DNA of 48,145 nt from Actinomycetales bacterium (GTDB lineage Bacteria > Actinomycetota > Actinomycetes > Actinomycetales > CAVURS01). This document shows positions 9,673-18,223 of the stretch, piece after piece (the stretch's first letter is position 1; every line of letters starts with the position of its first letter). The notes under the pieces were generated by a model, which was not told the DNA's origin, ran no database searches, and worked only from the letters and a program-made list of their open reading frames with translations. The DNA lies in NCBI GenBank assembly GCA_045807245.1, contig JBJMHS010000005.1, positions 1 to 48,145 of the forward strand. Direction: 5' to 3'. The position numbers and the translations under genes were made by a program.

Positions 9673-10328
9673 TGGCGCTCAGCCGCGAACAGATGGCCGC
9701 CCGAGCCGCGCAGGAGCTCAGCGACGGCTCGTACGTGAACCTGGGCATCGGGCTGCCCACACTGGTGCCGAACTACGTGCCCGATGACGTCGAGATCGTG
9801 TTGCAGTCCGAGAACGGCATCCTGGGCGTCGGCGCGTATCCCTATGAGGGAGACGAGGATCCCGATCTGATCAACGCCGGCAAGGAGACCGTCACCCTGC
9901 GGCGTGGCGCGTCGTTCTTCGACTCGGCCACCAGCTTCGGCATGATCCGTGGCGGCAAGGTCGACGCCGCGATCCTGGGCGCGATGCAGGTCAGCTCGAC
10001 CGGCGACATCGCCAACTGGATGATCCCCGGCAAGATGGTCAAGGGCATGGGCGGGGCGATGGACCTGGTCCACGGCGCGCGACACGTGATCGTCCTGATG
10101 GAGCACGTCGCCCGCGACGGCACCCACAAGGTCGTCGACCAGTGCACCCTGCCGCTCACCGGCCAGCGCGTCGTGCATCGCATCATCACCGACCTGTGCG
10201 TCATGGACGTCACGGCCGACGGTCTGGTCCTGCGCGAGCTAGCCGCTGACGTCACCGTCGACCAGGTCCGCGAAGCCACTGGCGCACCGTTCACCGTCGA
10301 CCCAGCGCTGGCCACTGTCACGACCTAG
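9672..10328 (+). CDS. scoB: Succinyl-CoA:3-oxoacid CoA-transferase subunit B
   Basis: ATG 9672 overlaps the scoA stop (TGATG). [16 protein letters not shown] (catalytic Glu), GMGGAMDLV. Confidence 0.93.
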   Translation: MALSREQMAARAAQELSDGSYVNLGIGLPTLVPNYVPDDVEIVLQSENGILGVGAYPYEGDEDPDLINAGKETVTLRRGASFFDSATSFGMIRGGKVDAAILGAMQVSSTGDIANWMIPGKMVKGMGGAMDLVHGARHVIVLMEHVARDGTHKVVDQCTLPLTGQRVVHRIITDLCVMDVTADGLVLRELAADVTVDQVREATGAPFTVDPALATVTT

Positions 10329-10368
10329 CGCCGCTCCGAGGCGGTCCCAGCCGGTCCGAGCCGGCCGC

Positions 10369-11706
10369 TCATCGTGGTGGGCCCGGGCCCGGCGCATCCA
10401 GGTACCGGTGCGGCAGCGATGGATACCGATGACCCACCCGGGTGCGATAGGTCAGCACGCCGTTGGCATCGCCTTCCACCTCGACCAGGCGAGCGGTCTT
10501 GGCCAGGTGCTCGCGCCGGCCGAGCGCAGCCAGGTTCCCGGGCGTCGTCTGCCCGCCCCGGCCGGGCTCCTCGTGGTCGTACTCGACGACGTGGTCCAGG
10601 TCGACCACGCGGGCGCCGCTGGTCGGGAAGCGTGAGGTGCCGCCGTCGCGCACACGGCAGAACTCGGCCATCCGCCCGGGCGGCTGGTAGCGAGGTGACA
10701 CGTCCGTGGCCACACCAGTCGCCGGGTCGCACAGGATGCGGCGCCACGTCGCGTGCTCGCTGTGGGCCAGCTCGCGGGCCAGCGCGGGCGAGATCGGGAC
10801 ATCGCCCGACGGCGTCCGCAACACCGCCGGACCGGCCTCGACCTCGTCCCGCCCGAGCAGCATCGTCGCCGGAACGACGACGTCCACCGAGACGCCGATG
10901 CGCCCAGCAGAGCCAGGCCCGGGTGCACCGGCCATGGACCCCACCGCCGTATCGAACCGCAGCTGGTCGAGCGTCTCGGCGGCACCAGCTCGGCGCGCGG
11001 CTCGCGCGGTCCGGTCGAGGGCGTCGTACGCGGCGGTGAGCAGGTGGTCCGGGCCGTGCAGCACCAGTGCGCCGGAACGGTCCGGGCCGGACGCGTAGTG
11101 CTCGACCCGACGCTCCCGGCGCGAGGCCGTCTCGCGCTGGACCACGGCCACGGGCGCCAACCGGGCGATCTCGCGGTCCAGGATCGGCCGGAGCTTGTGC
11201 GGCGGGATCGACCACACGCGAACCACCCCGTCACGCAGCTCCCGGGCCAGGCTCTCCCGGCCCGGCCCATGCGGGTCCTCGAGGAGCCGGTCCGCCACGG
11301 CTCGGCGCTGCTCGACCGGCAACACCCGAACCTCACGCTGGATCAGGTGCGCCTGCGCTGCGTCGACGCGCCCGTCGGCCAACGCCTCGCCGAGTGCAGG
11401 CAGCTGCGCCAAGCCCAGCGCGAACGCCAGCATCCGGTCCGCCGCGGCACCCGAGACCCCGAGCGCCAACGACAGACAGGCTGCGGTCGCCCGCCCCGTG
11501 GCCTCGAAGACCTCCATCTGCGTGCCCGACAGGTCGCTGGCGAGCTCGTCGACCAGCTCCCCGTGCAGTGCCGCCACCGCCTGCGCCTGCTCCAAGGTCG
11601 CCAAGGCCTTGGCCCGTTCTGCCGCGACGATGGCATCCACGAGACGCGCCTGCCGGCCGGCCGGCTCCACCGAGGGTCCGTCGTTCGCAGGATCGCCTTC
11701 GTACAT
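10369..11706 (-). CDS. DUF222 + HNH endonuclease-motif protein (REP13E12/Rv1128c-like)
   Basis: DUF222-like helical region, TLDQLRFD, WRRILCDPATG, RYQPP...RDGG, DLDHVV...GGQT..GNLAALGRREHLAKT. Start placed at ATG 11706 from promoter geometry; ORF track start is 11748. Confidence 0.85.
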   Translation of the reverse strand: MYEGDPANDGPSVEPAGRQARLVDAIVAAERAKALATLEQAQAVAALHGELVDELASDLSGTQMEVFEATGRATAACLSLALGVSGAAADRMLAFALGLAQLPALGEALADGRVDAAQAHLIQREVRVLPVEQRRAVADRLLEDPHGPGRESLARELRDGVVRVWSIPPHKLRPILDREIARLAPVAVVQRETASRRERRVEHYASGPDRSGALVLHGPDHLLTAAYDALDRTARAARRAGAAETLDQLRFDTAVGSMAGAPGPGSAGRIGVSVDVVVPATMLLGRDEVEAGPAVLRTPSGDVPISPALARELAHSEHATWRRILCDPATGVATDVSPRYQPPGRMAEFCRVRDGGTSRFPTSGARVVDLDHVVEYDHEEPGRGGQTTPGNLAALGRREHLAKTARLVEVEGDANGVLTYRTRVGHRYPSLPHRYLDAPGPGPPR

Positions 11707-11714
11707 AAGTACGA
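11699..11714. promoter_or_regulatory. LexA/SOS-box-like palindrome TCGTAC-N4-GTACGA over the start codon
   Basis: Perfect 6-4-6 palindrome. It differs from the actinobacterial TCGAAC-N4-GTTCGA by one symmetric substitution per arm. Confidence 0.45.
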
Positions 11715-11736
11715 ATCTAGGCCATGGCGCCGACAA
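11714..11736 (-). promoter_or_regulatory. PafBC-type (RecA-NDp) DNA-damage promoter TTGTCGG-N10-TAGATT
   Basis: Minus strand reads TTGTCGG cgccatggcc TAGATT cgtactt ATG, an exact fit to TGTCGG-N10-TA-N3-T. Confidence 0.75.
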
Positions 11737-11768
11737 CCGGACAAACACCGCGCGAACGGTGGATAACC

Positions 11769-13778
11769 TCAGCCGAGACGGTCGATGGTGTTCCAGCCGG
11801 CTCCGCCGATCACGGTCCCCGCGGCGAACCCGCTCGACGAGCCCAGGTACCGCAGCAGCTGGCCCGCCGCGTTCGTGCCGAGGAGGTCCGGCCGGGCGTC
11901 CGCGTTCAGGTCCCCCGGTACAGCGAGCATGGTCAGGGCGGCGTACGACCCGGCGAGGGTCGAGACCTTGCCGGTCCAGCCGCCCGCGCCGTTGCCGTAG
12001 TAGATCCGCAGCTCACCGGTGCTGTGCACCCGGGCCAGCAGGTCGACGTACCCGTCGCCGTTGATGTCGCCGGAGCCCAGGATGGCGTCCATGATGGTCC
12101 AGCCGCTGCCGATCTTGACCGGCGCGCCGATGTTGCCCGCACCGTCGCCGCGCATCAGCATCAAGGCACCGGTCGCCGGGTCGACACCCATCAGGTCGGG
12201 ATGCCCGTCGCCGCTGAAGTCCCCGGGTGCGGCCATGAGCGAGTACGGCGTGCCGGTCGCCAGCGACCCACCCGAGGAGACCCAGCCGGCCGAGTTGCCC
12301 GGGTACAGCGTGAGGTCACCGCTGCTCGAGTTGCGCGCCACGATGTCGGGCGCACCGTCCCCGGTCAGGTCGCCGGCGACGAGGATCTGCTTCATGACGT
12401 CCCAGCCGCTGCCGTTGACTGACGGCGCGGCCAGGGTCGCGGCGCTGGTGCTCGGGTAGATCCGCAGCTGCCCCGTGCCGCGCTCGCGCGCCAGCAGGTC
12501 GGGGCGGCCGTCGTTCGTCAGGTCGTGGTCGAGTCCGGCGTAGCGAACGTTCCACCAGATCGACTTGAGCCCGGCGGCCGACGCGAACTCGGAGCCGGAA
12601 AGGGTCACGTGACCCTCGTTGCCTTGCACCACAACGGTTTCGGTGCGTCCACCGAAGTCCCCGTGAGCGTCGCGCGCCGTGACGTCGAGCCGAACGAACG
12701 TGCCGATGCTGGGATAGCGGTTCTCCAGCGACGAGATGGAGACCGTGTCGGTCCAGGTGTGCGGGTTGGGCCAGCTGGGACCGTACGACGCCACGCGGCC
12801 GTCGTACGGGTCCGCCTTCGCAACGAGGTACGGCACCCCTCCCGACGTCGTCCATCCGCCGTTGCTGGCGCTGAACTCGGTCAGCGCGACCGCGCCCTGG
12901 TAGGTGAGGATCCGGTCGGCCGTCGCCGAGACGGCACTCGTTGTCGCGTCGGTCTCGGCCGAGGTGCCGTGGAAGACCTGGCAGGCCGTCGTGTCGCAGA
13001 TGTCCCACGGCTTGGTGGGGCCGCCGCTGACCTGCCGGTACCGCGTCGCGTACGACCGCGCGGCGACACTCTGCGCCTTCAGCGCCTCGGTCGCCCAGCC
13101 GGACGGCATCTCGGACGGTACGACGGAGGCCAGGTAGCTCGTCATGCCCATGACACCGACGGTGCGCAGACCCGTCGAGTAGATCTGCGCGCGCACCCCG
13201 GCCCGGATGCCTTCAACTGCACCGCTGGGCAGCACGAGGGTCATGGTCGCGCCGCCGAGGGCGGAGCAGCTGGTGGAGCGGGTGAAGGTCGCGAACGAGC
13301 CGTACGCCGTCGCGCCGGTGTGGTACGCGCCGCTGGAGTACCACTGGATCCGGATCTGGCCACTGACGCGCACCAGGCGCCAGACCGAGATCGAGGAGCT
13401 GGTCGACAGCAGGGTGCGGTGGCCGCTGCTCGAGCAGACCGACAGTCCCGAGACGGGCAGCACCTTCGTGCTGTTGTCGTTGTCGGCGCTGACGAGCACC
13501 CGCATCATCGGGTCCGTCGTCAGGGTCAGCGTGGTGCCGGGGTAGTAGAAGGCGAGGATCTGGCTGTAGGTCAACCCGGCCGTGGCAGCGCCGTACGCGC
13601 CCCACTGCGACATGCCGCGCCCGTGCCCGTAGCCGTGCCCCACGACCGAGATCGACGTGCGGTCGCGCAGCGGGTAGCGCTGGTCGCGCGCCTCGCCGAG
13701 CTGGGCGCCGGACACGATGAGGCCGGCGGTGACGGCAGCCGAGACGACCGCCCGACGGACTGCGTTAGCTGAGCTCAC
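11769..13778 (-). CDS. SpoIID/LytB domain protein (lytic transglycosylase-like) with 5 FG-GAP/VCBS-like repeats
   Basis: GHGYGHGRGMSQWGA, YLASVVPSEMPSGWATEALKAQSVAARSY, ICDTTACQVF, and five D.T/N.DG.PDL repeats. Confidence 0.88.
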   Translation of the reverse strand: MSSANAVRRAVVSAAVTAGLIVSGAQLGEARDQRYPLRDRTSISVVGHGYGHGRGMSQWGAYGAATAGLTYSQILAFYYPGTTLTLTTDPMMRVLVSADNDNSTKVLPVSGLSVCSSSGHRTLLSTSSSISVWRLVRVSGQIRIQWYSSGAYHTGATAYGSFATFTRSTSCSALGGATMTLVLPSGAVEGIRAGVRAQIYSTGLRTVGVMGMTSYLASVVPSEMPSGWATEALKAQSVAARSYATRYRQVSGGPTKPWDICDTTACQVFHGTSAETDATTSAVSATADRILTYQGAVALTEFSASNGGWTTSGGVPYLVAKADPYDGRVASYGPSWPNPHTWTDTVSISSLENRYPSIGTFVRLDVTARDAHGDFGGRTETVVVQGNEGHVTLSGSEFASAAGLKSIWWNVRYAGLDHDLTNDGRPDLLARERGTGQLRIYPSTSAATLAAPSVNGSGWDVMKQILVAGDLTGDGAPDIVARNSSSGDLTLYPGNSAGWVSSGGSLATGTPYSLMAAPGDFSGDGHPDLMGVDPATGALMLMRGDGAGNIGAPVKIGSGWTIMDAILGSGDINGDGYVDLLARVHSTGELRIYYGNGAGGWTGKVSTLAGSYAALTMLAVPGDLNADARPDLLGTNAAGQLLRYLGSSSGFAAGTVIGGAGWNTIDRLG
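11772..12530 (-). repeat. Five ~50-aa FG-GAP-like coding repeats in the SpoIID protein
   Basis: HDLTNDGRPD, GDLTGDGAPD, GDFSGDGHPD, GDINGDGYVD, GDLNADARPD. Confidence 0.85.
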
Positions 13779-16512
13779 GGCCCACTCCCTTCGGGCTCAT
13801 CACCAGCGGCCGCGACGTGGCGAACCCACCGGTGCTCAGTGAGGTGCCGCCGTACAGCGCGAGCGAGCCGTCGGTGACCTGGATGACCAGGTCGCTGCGG
13901 CCGTCGCCGTCGACGTCGCCGCTGCCGACCAGGTGCGTGATGGCCGCCGTACTGGTGCGTACGACGCGTGGACCCAGGAGCAGGCCGGGCCCGTTGCCGC
14001 CGTACAGCAATAGGTTGCCGCCGGTCCCGACGCGAGCCACCACGTCAGGAGCCGCACCGGCGTCGTTGGGTCCCACGCCCATAATGTCGGTCATCCCACT
14101 CATACCTGTAGCGATGCGGACCCCGGTCAGCGGCGTCCCGGAGCTCGTCATCGGGTAGAGGTAGAGGTCACCCGTGGACGCTCGGCGCCCCAGCACGTCC
14201 GGGATCCCGTCCATCGTGAGGTCGCCGCCCGGGGCCACCAGGTCCATCGTCTGCCAGTTGTGCGCGATGACCCGCGGGGTCGCCGCTGCACCGGGCCGAC
14301 CCGCATCGTCGAACATCACCAGGTCACCCGTCGCGCTCTGGTAGCCGACCACCTCGGAGTACCCGTCGCGGTTGACGTCGCCCACCACGAACGCGTGCTC
14401 GATGCCGCTCAGGTCGACCGGCGACGCCGCGCTGCCGCCGAACTCCTTCACCGCGCTGCCCGGGTACAGGTACAGCTGAGCGCCGATCACGCCGACGATG
14501 TCCGGATGGCCGTCCTGCGTGACGTCCGGCCCGGCGGCCAGCTGGGAGACGTTCTGCCACCCGCTGCCCCAGGTCAGCCGGGACCCCACGGAACCGGTCC
14601 CCGTGCCGTAGTAGCTGCGCATCCGCCCGGTGCCCACCTCCCGCGCCACCCAGTCCTGAAGGCCGTCGCCGTCGAGGTCACCGGCCCCGAGCACGCGGTC
14701 GGTGACCTGCCACCCGCTGCCGACCTGTCGTGGGGTGCCGAACCGTCCGGTGCCGAGCCCCGGGTACAGCATCGCCGCGCCGGTGGACGCGCGGATTCCG
14801 AGCAGGTCGCGGCGGCCGTCGCCGTCCATGTCGCCGACCCCGGCCAGGGACGAGAACGCCGTCCAGCCTGAGGCGCCGACCACTCGCGGCGAGTGCACCC
14901 AACCGGCTCCGGTGCCGGCGTAGAGCACCAGCCGCCCGTCCTGGTCCACCCCGAGCAGGTCGGCGCGGCCGTCACCGTCGAGGTCTCCGGGCGCGACCAG
15001 CGTGCGGATGGCACCCCAGCCCGAGCCGTGCGTGCCGTGGGTCGGGAAGTGACCACTGCCGTCACCCGCGTAGACGCGCATCCGGCCGGTCGCCTTCTCC
15101 CGCGCGACGAGGTCGGGCCGCCCGTCCCCGGTGAGGTCGGCCGACAGGACGTCCAGGTCCAGCGCGTCCCAGCCCGACGTCCCGACGAGCTCGCGACCGC
15201 TGACGGCCGAGGTGGTGTCGGGCAGGACCAACGTGTTGCTGCCACCGGAGGTGCGGGCCAGGACGTCCGGTGTCGTGCCCGCGTCCAGGCTGCGGGCCAG
15301 CACCGGTCGAGGGAGGGTGCCCATCCGGCTGGCCGTGCCCGACCGGATGGTCGGCAGCAGGGCGTAGAGGTATCGCCCTGGACACGCGGTTGACCCGACG
15401 TCGCGGTGCCCGGATATCCGGTTGATCAGGTGCCCGTTGAGGACCACGGTCCCGATGGCCGGGATGCCGTGCATGGTGAGCTTCCAGGCGAACAGCCGCT
15501 GGTAGGCGCTCACGATGGCGGACGGCACGTGGGCCACGTCGAAGTCGCCGATCGCCGACATGGCAAACGAGTTCGAGTTGTAGTCCCTGGTGTGGGCACC
15601 GACGACCGGACGTGCGATCCCGCCATACCGGCCCTCCCAGATCCGGCCGAAGCGGTCGACCAGGAAGTTGTAGCCGATGTCGTTCCAGCCGCGGCCGTTG
15701 ACGTGGAAGGCGTAGATGCCGCGGATGATCGAGGGCACCTGCGAGGCCGAGTAGTTGTTCTGGCTGACGGTGTGATGGACGAACGCTGCCTGGATGGACC
15801 CGTACAGCACCTCGCCGTGACGCAGCGACTCGTCGGCGCCCCACTGGGCCCGGCTGTAGATGGTCGGCTGGGTCGCCGCGGCCGCCGCGGCACCCGAGGC
15901 CGACGTGCCGACCGACGCGTCCGCGCTGCTGCTGCCGGGGTCGATGACGTCGACCGTCGCACCGGCCGGCGCCTCACCGGTCGCCGTGTCCAACCGGACC
16001 TGTACGGCGCTCGCGTCGGTCACGACGTACGGCTGCGTGCCGCCCCGCTCGCCGGCCGCTTCGGCGGTCCCCGGGTCCGGGCCGTGCTCGTCGTCACCGT
16101 CCAGCGCCTGCCAAGCCGACCAGGTGCCCTTGCTCGAGGTCCGGATGAGCAGCCGGGCCGTGGCCGGCATCGCACCCTCGGGCCAGGTGGCTCCGACCAC
16201 CGAGATGCCGCTCGGCACGCTGACCGCAGGCGTGAGGGCAGCCGGGCGCAGAGCCGCCGTCGCCGCTTGAGCGTCCAGCGCCGCAGCCTTGGCGACGGTC
16301 CTCGACGGAGCTGCGAGGGCACCGGCCTGGGCGGCGCCCCCGGCGTCCAGCCCGAGCAGCCTGGTCTGGTGCTCGGTAGGTCCGACCGGGTGCGGCTTGG
16401 GGGATGACGCCGGTCCGGCCGCGATGGCGGGGGCCGCCACGGCGAGTCCCGTTGCGACTACGGAGAGTGCGCAAAGGAGAGCGAGGTGAGGGAGGGCGGC
16501 AGGGCGACGCAT
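13765..16512 (-). CDS. N-acetylmuramoyl-L-alanine amidase (Amidase_2/PGRP-like) with 10 FG-GAP/VCBS-like repeats
   Basis: Signal peptide from ATG 16512, SRAQWGADE, FVHHT, GWNDIGYNFLVD, GAHT, GHRDVGSTACPG, and ten repeats. Confidence 0.9.
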   Translation of the reverse strand: MRRPAALPHLALLCALSVVATGLAVAAPAIAAGPASSPKPHPVGPTEHQTRLLGLDAGGAAQAGALAAPSRTVAKAAALDAQAATAALRPAALTPAVSVPSGISVVGATWPEGAMPATARLLIRTSSKGTWSAWQALDGDDEHGPDPGTAEAAGERGGTQPYVVTDASAVQVRLDTATGEAPAGATVDVIDPGSSSADASVGTSASGAAAAAATQPTIYSRAQWGADESLRHGEVLYGSIQAAFVHHTVSQNNYSASQVPSIIRGIYAFHVNGRGWNDIGYNFLVDRFGRIWEGRYGGIARPVVGAHTRDYNSNSFAMSAIGDFDVAHVPSAIVSAYQRLFAWKLTMHGIPAIGTVVLNGHLINRISGHRDVGSTACPGRYLYALLPTIRSGTASRMGTLPRPVLARSLDAGTTPDVLARTSGGSNTLVLPDTTSAVSGRELVGTSGWDALDLDVLSADLTGDGRPDLVAREKATGRMRVYAGDGSGHFPTHGTHGSGWGAIRTLVAPGDLDGDGRADLLGVDQDGRLVLYAGTGAGWVHSPRVVGASGWTAFSSLAGVGDMDGDGRRDLLGIRASTGAAMLYPGLGTGRFGTPRQVGSGWQVTDRVLGAGDLDGDGLQDWVAREVGTGRMRSYYGTGTGSVGSRLTWGSGWQNVSQLAAGPDVTQDGHPDIVGVIGAQLYLYPGSAVKEFGGSAASPVDLSGIEHAFVVGDVNRDGYSEVVGYQSATGDLVMFDDAGRPGAAATPRVIAHNWQTMDLVAPGGDLTMDGIPDVLGRRASTGDLYLYPMTSSGTPLTGVRIATGMSGMTDIMGVGPNDAGAAPDVVARVGTGGNLLLYGGNGPGLLLGPRVVRTSTAAITHLVGSGDVDGDGRSDLVIQVTDGSLALYGGTSLSTGGFATSRPLVMSPKGVGRELS
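13768..15291 (-). repeat. Ten ~50-aa FG-GAP-like coding repeats in the amidase
   Basis: SLDAGTTPD, ADLTGDGRPD, GDLDGDGRAD, GDMDGDGRRD, GDLDGDGLQD, PDVTQDGHPD, GDVNRDGYSE, GDLTMDGIPD, GPNDAGAAPD, GDVDGDGRSD. Confidence 0.8.
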
Positions 16513-16567
16513 GGGGTCCAGAGTCCGTGACGGATGTGATCTGTGCAACCCCCTGGGGAAGCCGAGA

Positions 16568-17431
16568 TCAGATGACCGGGGGTCGGCCCAGCCGGGCCAT
16601 CCGCAGCACGGTGCCCCAGCGCATGGGGCGTCGCTCGCCCGGGTCGGTGCGGCAGCCCTCAGCGAACCCGGCGAACCAGGTGCGCAGCAGGCGGGGGCTG
16701 CGGGTCCGCAGCACCGTCAGCGCGACCCAGACGCCGAGGTACGCCGGCACGAGCGGCCAGGGCAGCCGGCGCCGGGCCAGCCACACCCGGTTGCGCGCGT
16801 TCATCCGGTAGTAGGACGCGTGCCGGCTCGGCGCCGTCGCCGGGTGGTACATCAGCACGCCCGCGTCGTACCGGATCCGCCAGCCGGCATCGAGCGCCCG
16901 CCAGGCGAGGTCCGTCTCCTCGTGTGCGTAGAAGAAGCCGTCCGGCAGTCCGCCGCACTCGTCCAGGACGACGCGTCGCACCACGCTGCCGCCACCGAGG
17001 AACGTCGTGACCTCGCCGGACACCATCGGGTCACCGGCGCGCAGCCGCGGCACGTGCCGGCGAGACGTCGCCCCCGACACGGGGTCGGCGATCCGGAAGG
17101 ACACGATGCCGAGGTGGGGGTCGGCGGCGAACTCCTCGCGCAGGTGTTCGACGTCGGACGGGTCGGGCAGCCACCCGTCGTCGTCGAGATAGAGCACCAG
17201 GTCGCCGGTCGTCTGCGCGGCTCCGGCGTTGCGGCCGGCCGGGATGCCGACGTTCTCCGGCAGCCGGACCAGGCGAGCGTCGGGCGGCACGCCCTCGACA
17301 TCCTCAGCCACACCGTTCGCGACCACGACGATCTCGACCGGATCCCCTTGCTGCGCAACGAGACTGGCAATCGCACGCGCGAGCTCCATCGGGCGGTCAC
17401 CCATCGTCAGGATGACGCACGAGACCTTCAC
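16568..17431 (-). CDS. Glycosyltransferase family 2
   Basis: VSCVILTMGDR, ENVGIPAGRNAG, LYLDDDG, FFYAHEETDLAWR. Confidence 0.88.
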   Translation of the reverse strand: MKVSCVILTMGDRPMELARAIASLVAQQGDPVEIVVVANGVAEDVEGVPPDARLVRLPENVGIPAGRNAGAAQTTGDLVLYLDDDGWLPDPSDVEHLREEFAADPHLGIVSFRIADPVSGATSRRHVPRLRAGDPMVSGEVTTFLGGGSVVRRVVLDECGGLPDGFFYAHEETDLAWRALDAGWRIRYDAGVLMYHPATAPSRHASYYRMNARNRVWLARRRLPWPLVPAYLGVWVALTVLRTRSPRLLRTWFAGFAEGCRTDPGERRPMRWGTVLRMARLGRPPVI

Positions 17432-17434
17432 GGT

Positions 17435-18223
17435 TCAGTCCAGCCGTCGCGAGGCCAGCACTGAGACCAGGTGCAGGACCGTCATCGTCGCCGCGATGCC
17501 GAACATCACGGAGGCGAGCACCTCGGACCCGCGCAACGAGTCGCTGGCCGCGTCGACGATCGCGGCGACCAGCAACAGGAACGATGACTCGAGTGCACCG
17601 GTCAGCTGATGGACCTTGAGCACCTGGGCTGCCCGGCGCATCGCACCGAGCGCCGTACTGCGTGGTACGGCGGCGTCGTCGGGCGCCGCGGCCCGCCCGG
17701 ACCGGACCCGGGCCACGTCGACCAGGTCGGTCTCCGCCTTCACCAGCACGGCGAAGAGCCCGGCCGCGACACCGAGCGTGGACCAGCCACCGAGCTCCTG
17801 CCCTCCGGCCCGCAACCCGTACGCCGACAGCAGCGCCGCCTCCACGAGGTAGTGGCCGACGCGGTCCAGGTAGATGCCCGTGACGCTCGTGGACCGGCGC
17901 CAGCGCGCGACCTCTCCGTCGCAGAGGTCGAGCAGGAAGTAGAGCTGGACTCCGACGAAGGCGGCGATCGCCCAGGCCAGCCCGGGCAGCGCCGCCGCAC
18001 CCGCCGCCAGCAGCCCGATGACGATCATCAGCCCGGTGAGCTGGTTCGCCGTGACCGGTGTCCGGAGCAGCTCGCGGGTCACCGGCAGGGACAGGCGCCG
18101 CAGCAGCAGCCGGGCCAGCCAGTGCTCGGCGTTGCGCCGCGACATCGTCGACTCGGGCTGGGCGATGGCCCGCAGCTCGGCGAGCGACGGCCGGCGCGCG
18201 CTGCCGCTACCCGGTCCGCTCAC
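17435..18223 (-). CDS. CDP-alcohol phosphatidyltransferase family protein
   Basis: Start re-called at GTG 18223 (GTGA overlap). TANQLT and LDLCDGEVARWRRSTSVTGIYLDRVGH. Confidence 0.85.
   Translation of the reverse strand: MSGPGSGSARRPSLAELRAIAQPESTMSRRNAEHWLARLLLRRLSLPVTRELLRTPVTANQLTGLMIVIGLLAAGAAALPGLAWAIAAFVGVQLYFLLDLCDGEVARWRRSTSVTGIYLDRVGHYLVEAALLSAYGLRAGGQELGGWSTLGVAAGLFAVLVKAETDLVDVARVRSGRAAAPDDAAVPRSTALGAMRRAAQVLKVHQLTGALESSFLLLVAAIVDAASDSLRGSEVLASVMFGIAATMTVLHLVSVLASRRLD

Noticed and set aside
8893..10328. scoAB and the acyl-CoA dehydrogenase as acyl donors for polymer modification
   Set aside because: They are ordinary catabolic genes with their own leaderless promoters. Nothing in the sequence links them to the polymer beyond proximity.
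11758..11766. GGTGGATAA DnaA-box-like 9-mer upstream of the HNH gene
   Set aside because: One mismatch, isolated, and no cluster or origin context.
11772..15291. Periodic GTCGCCGTC-like nucleotide repeats as a CRISPR or DGR-type array
   Set aside because: They are degenerate, in-frame protein repeats. There are no identical repeats with spacers, and no cas or reverse transcriptase genes.
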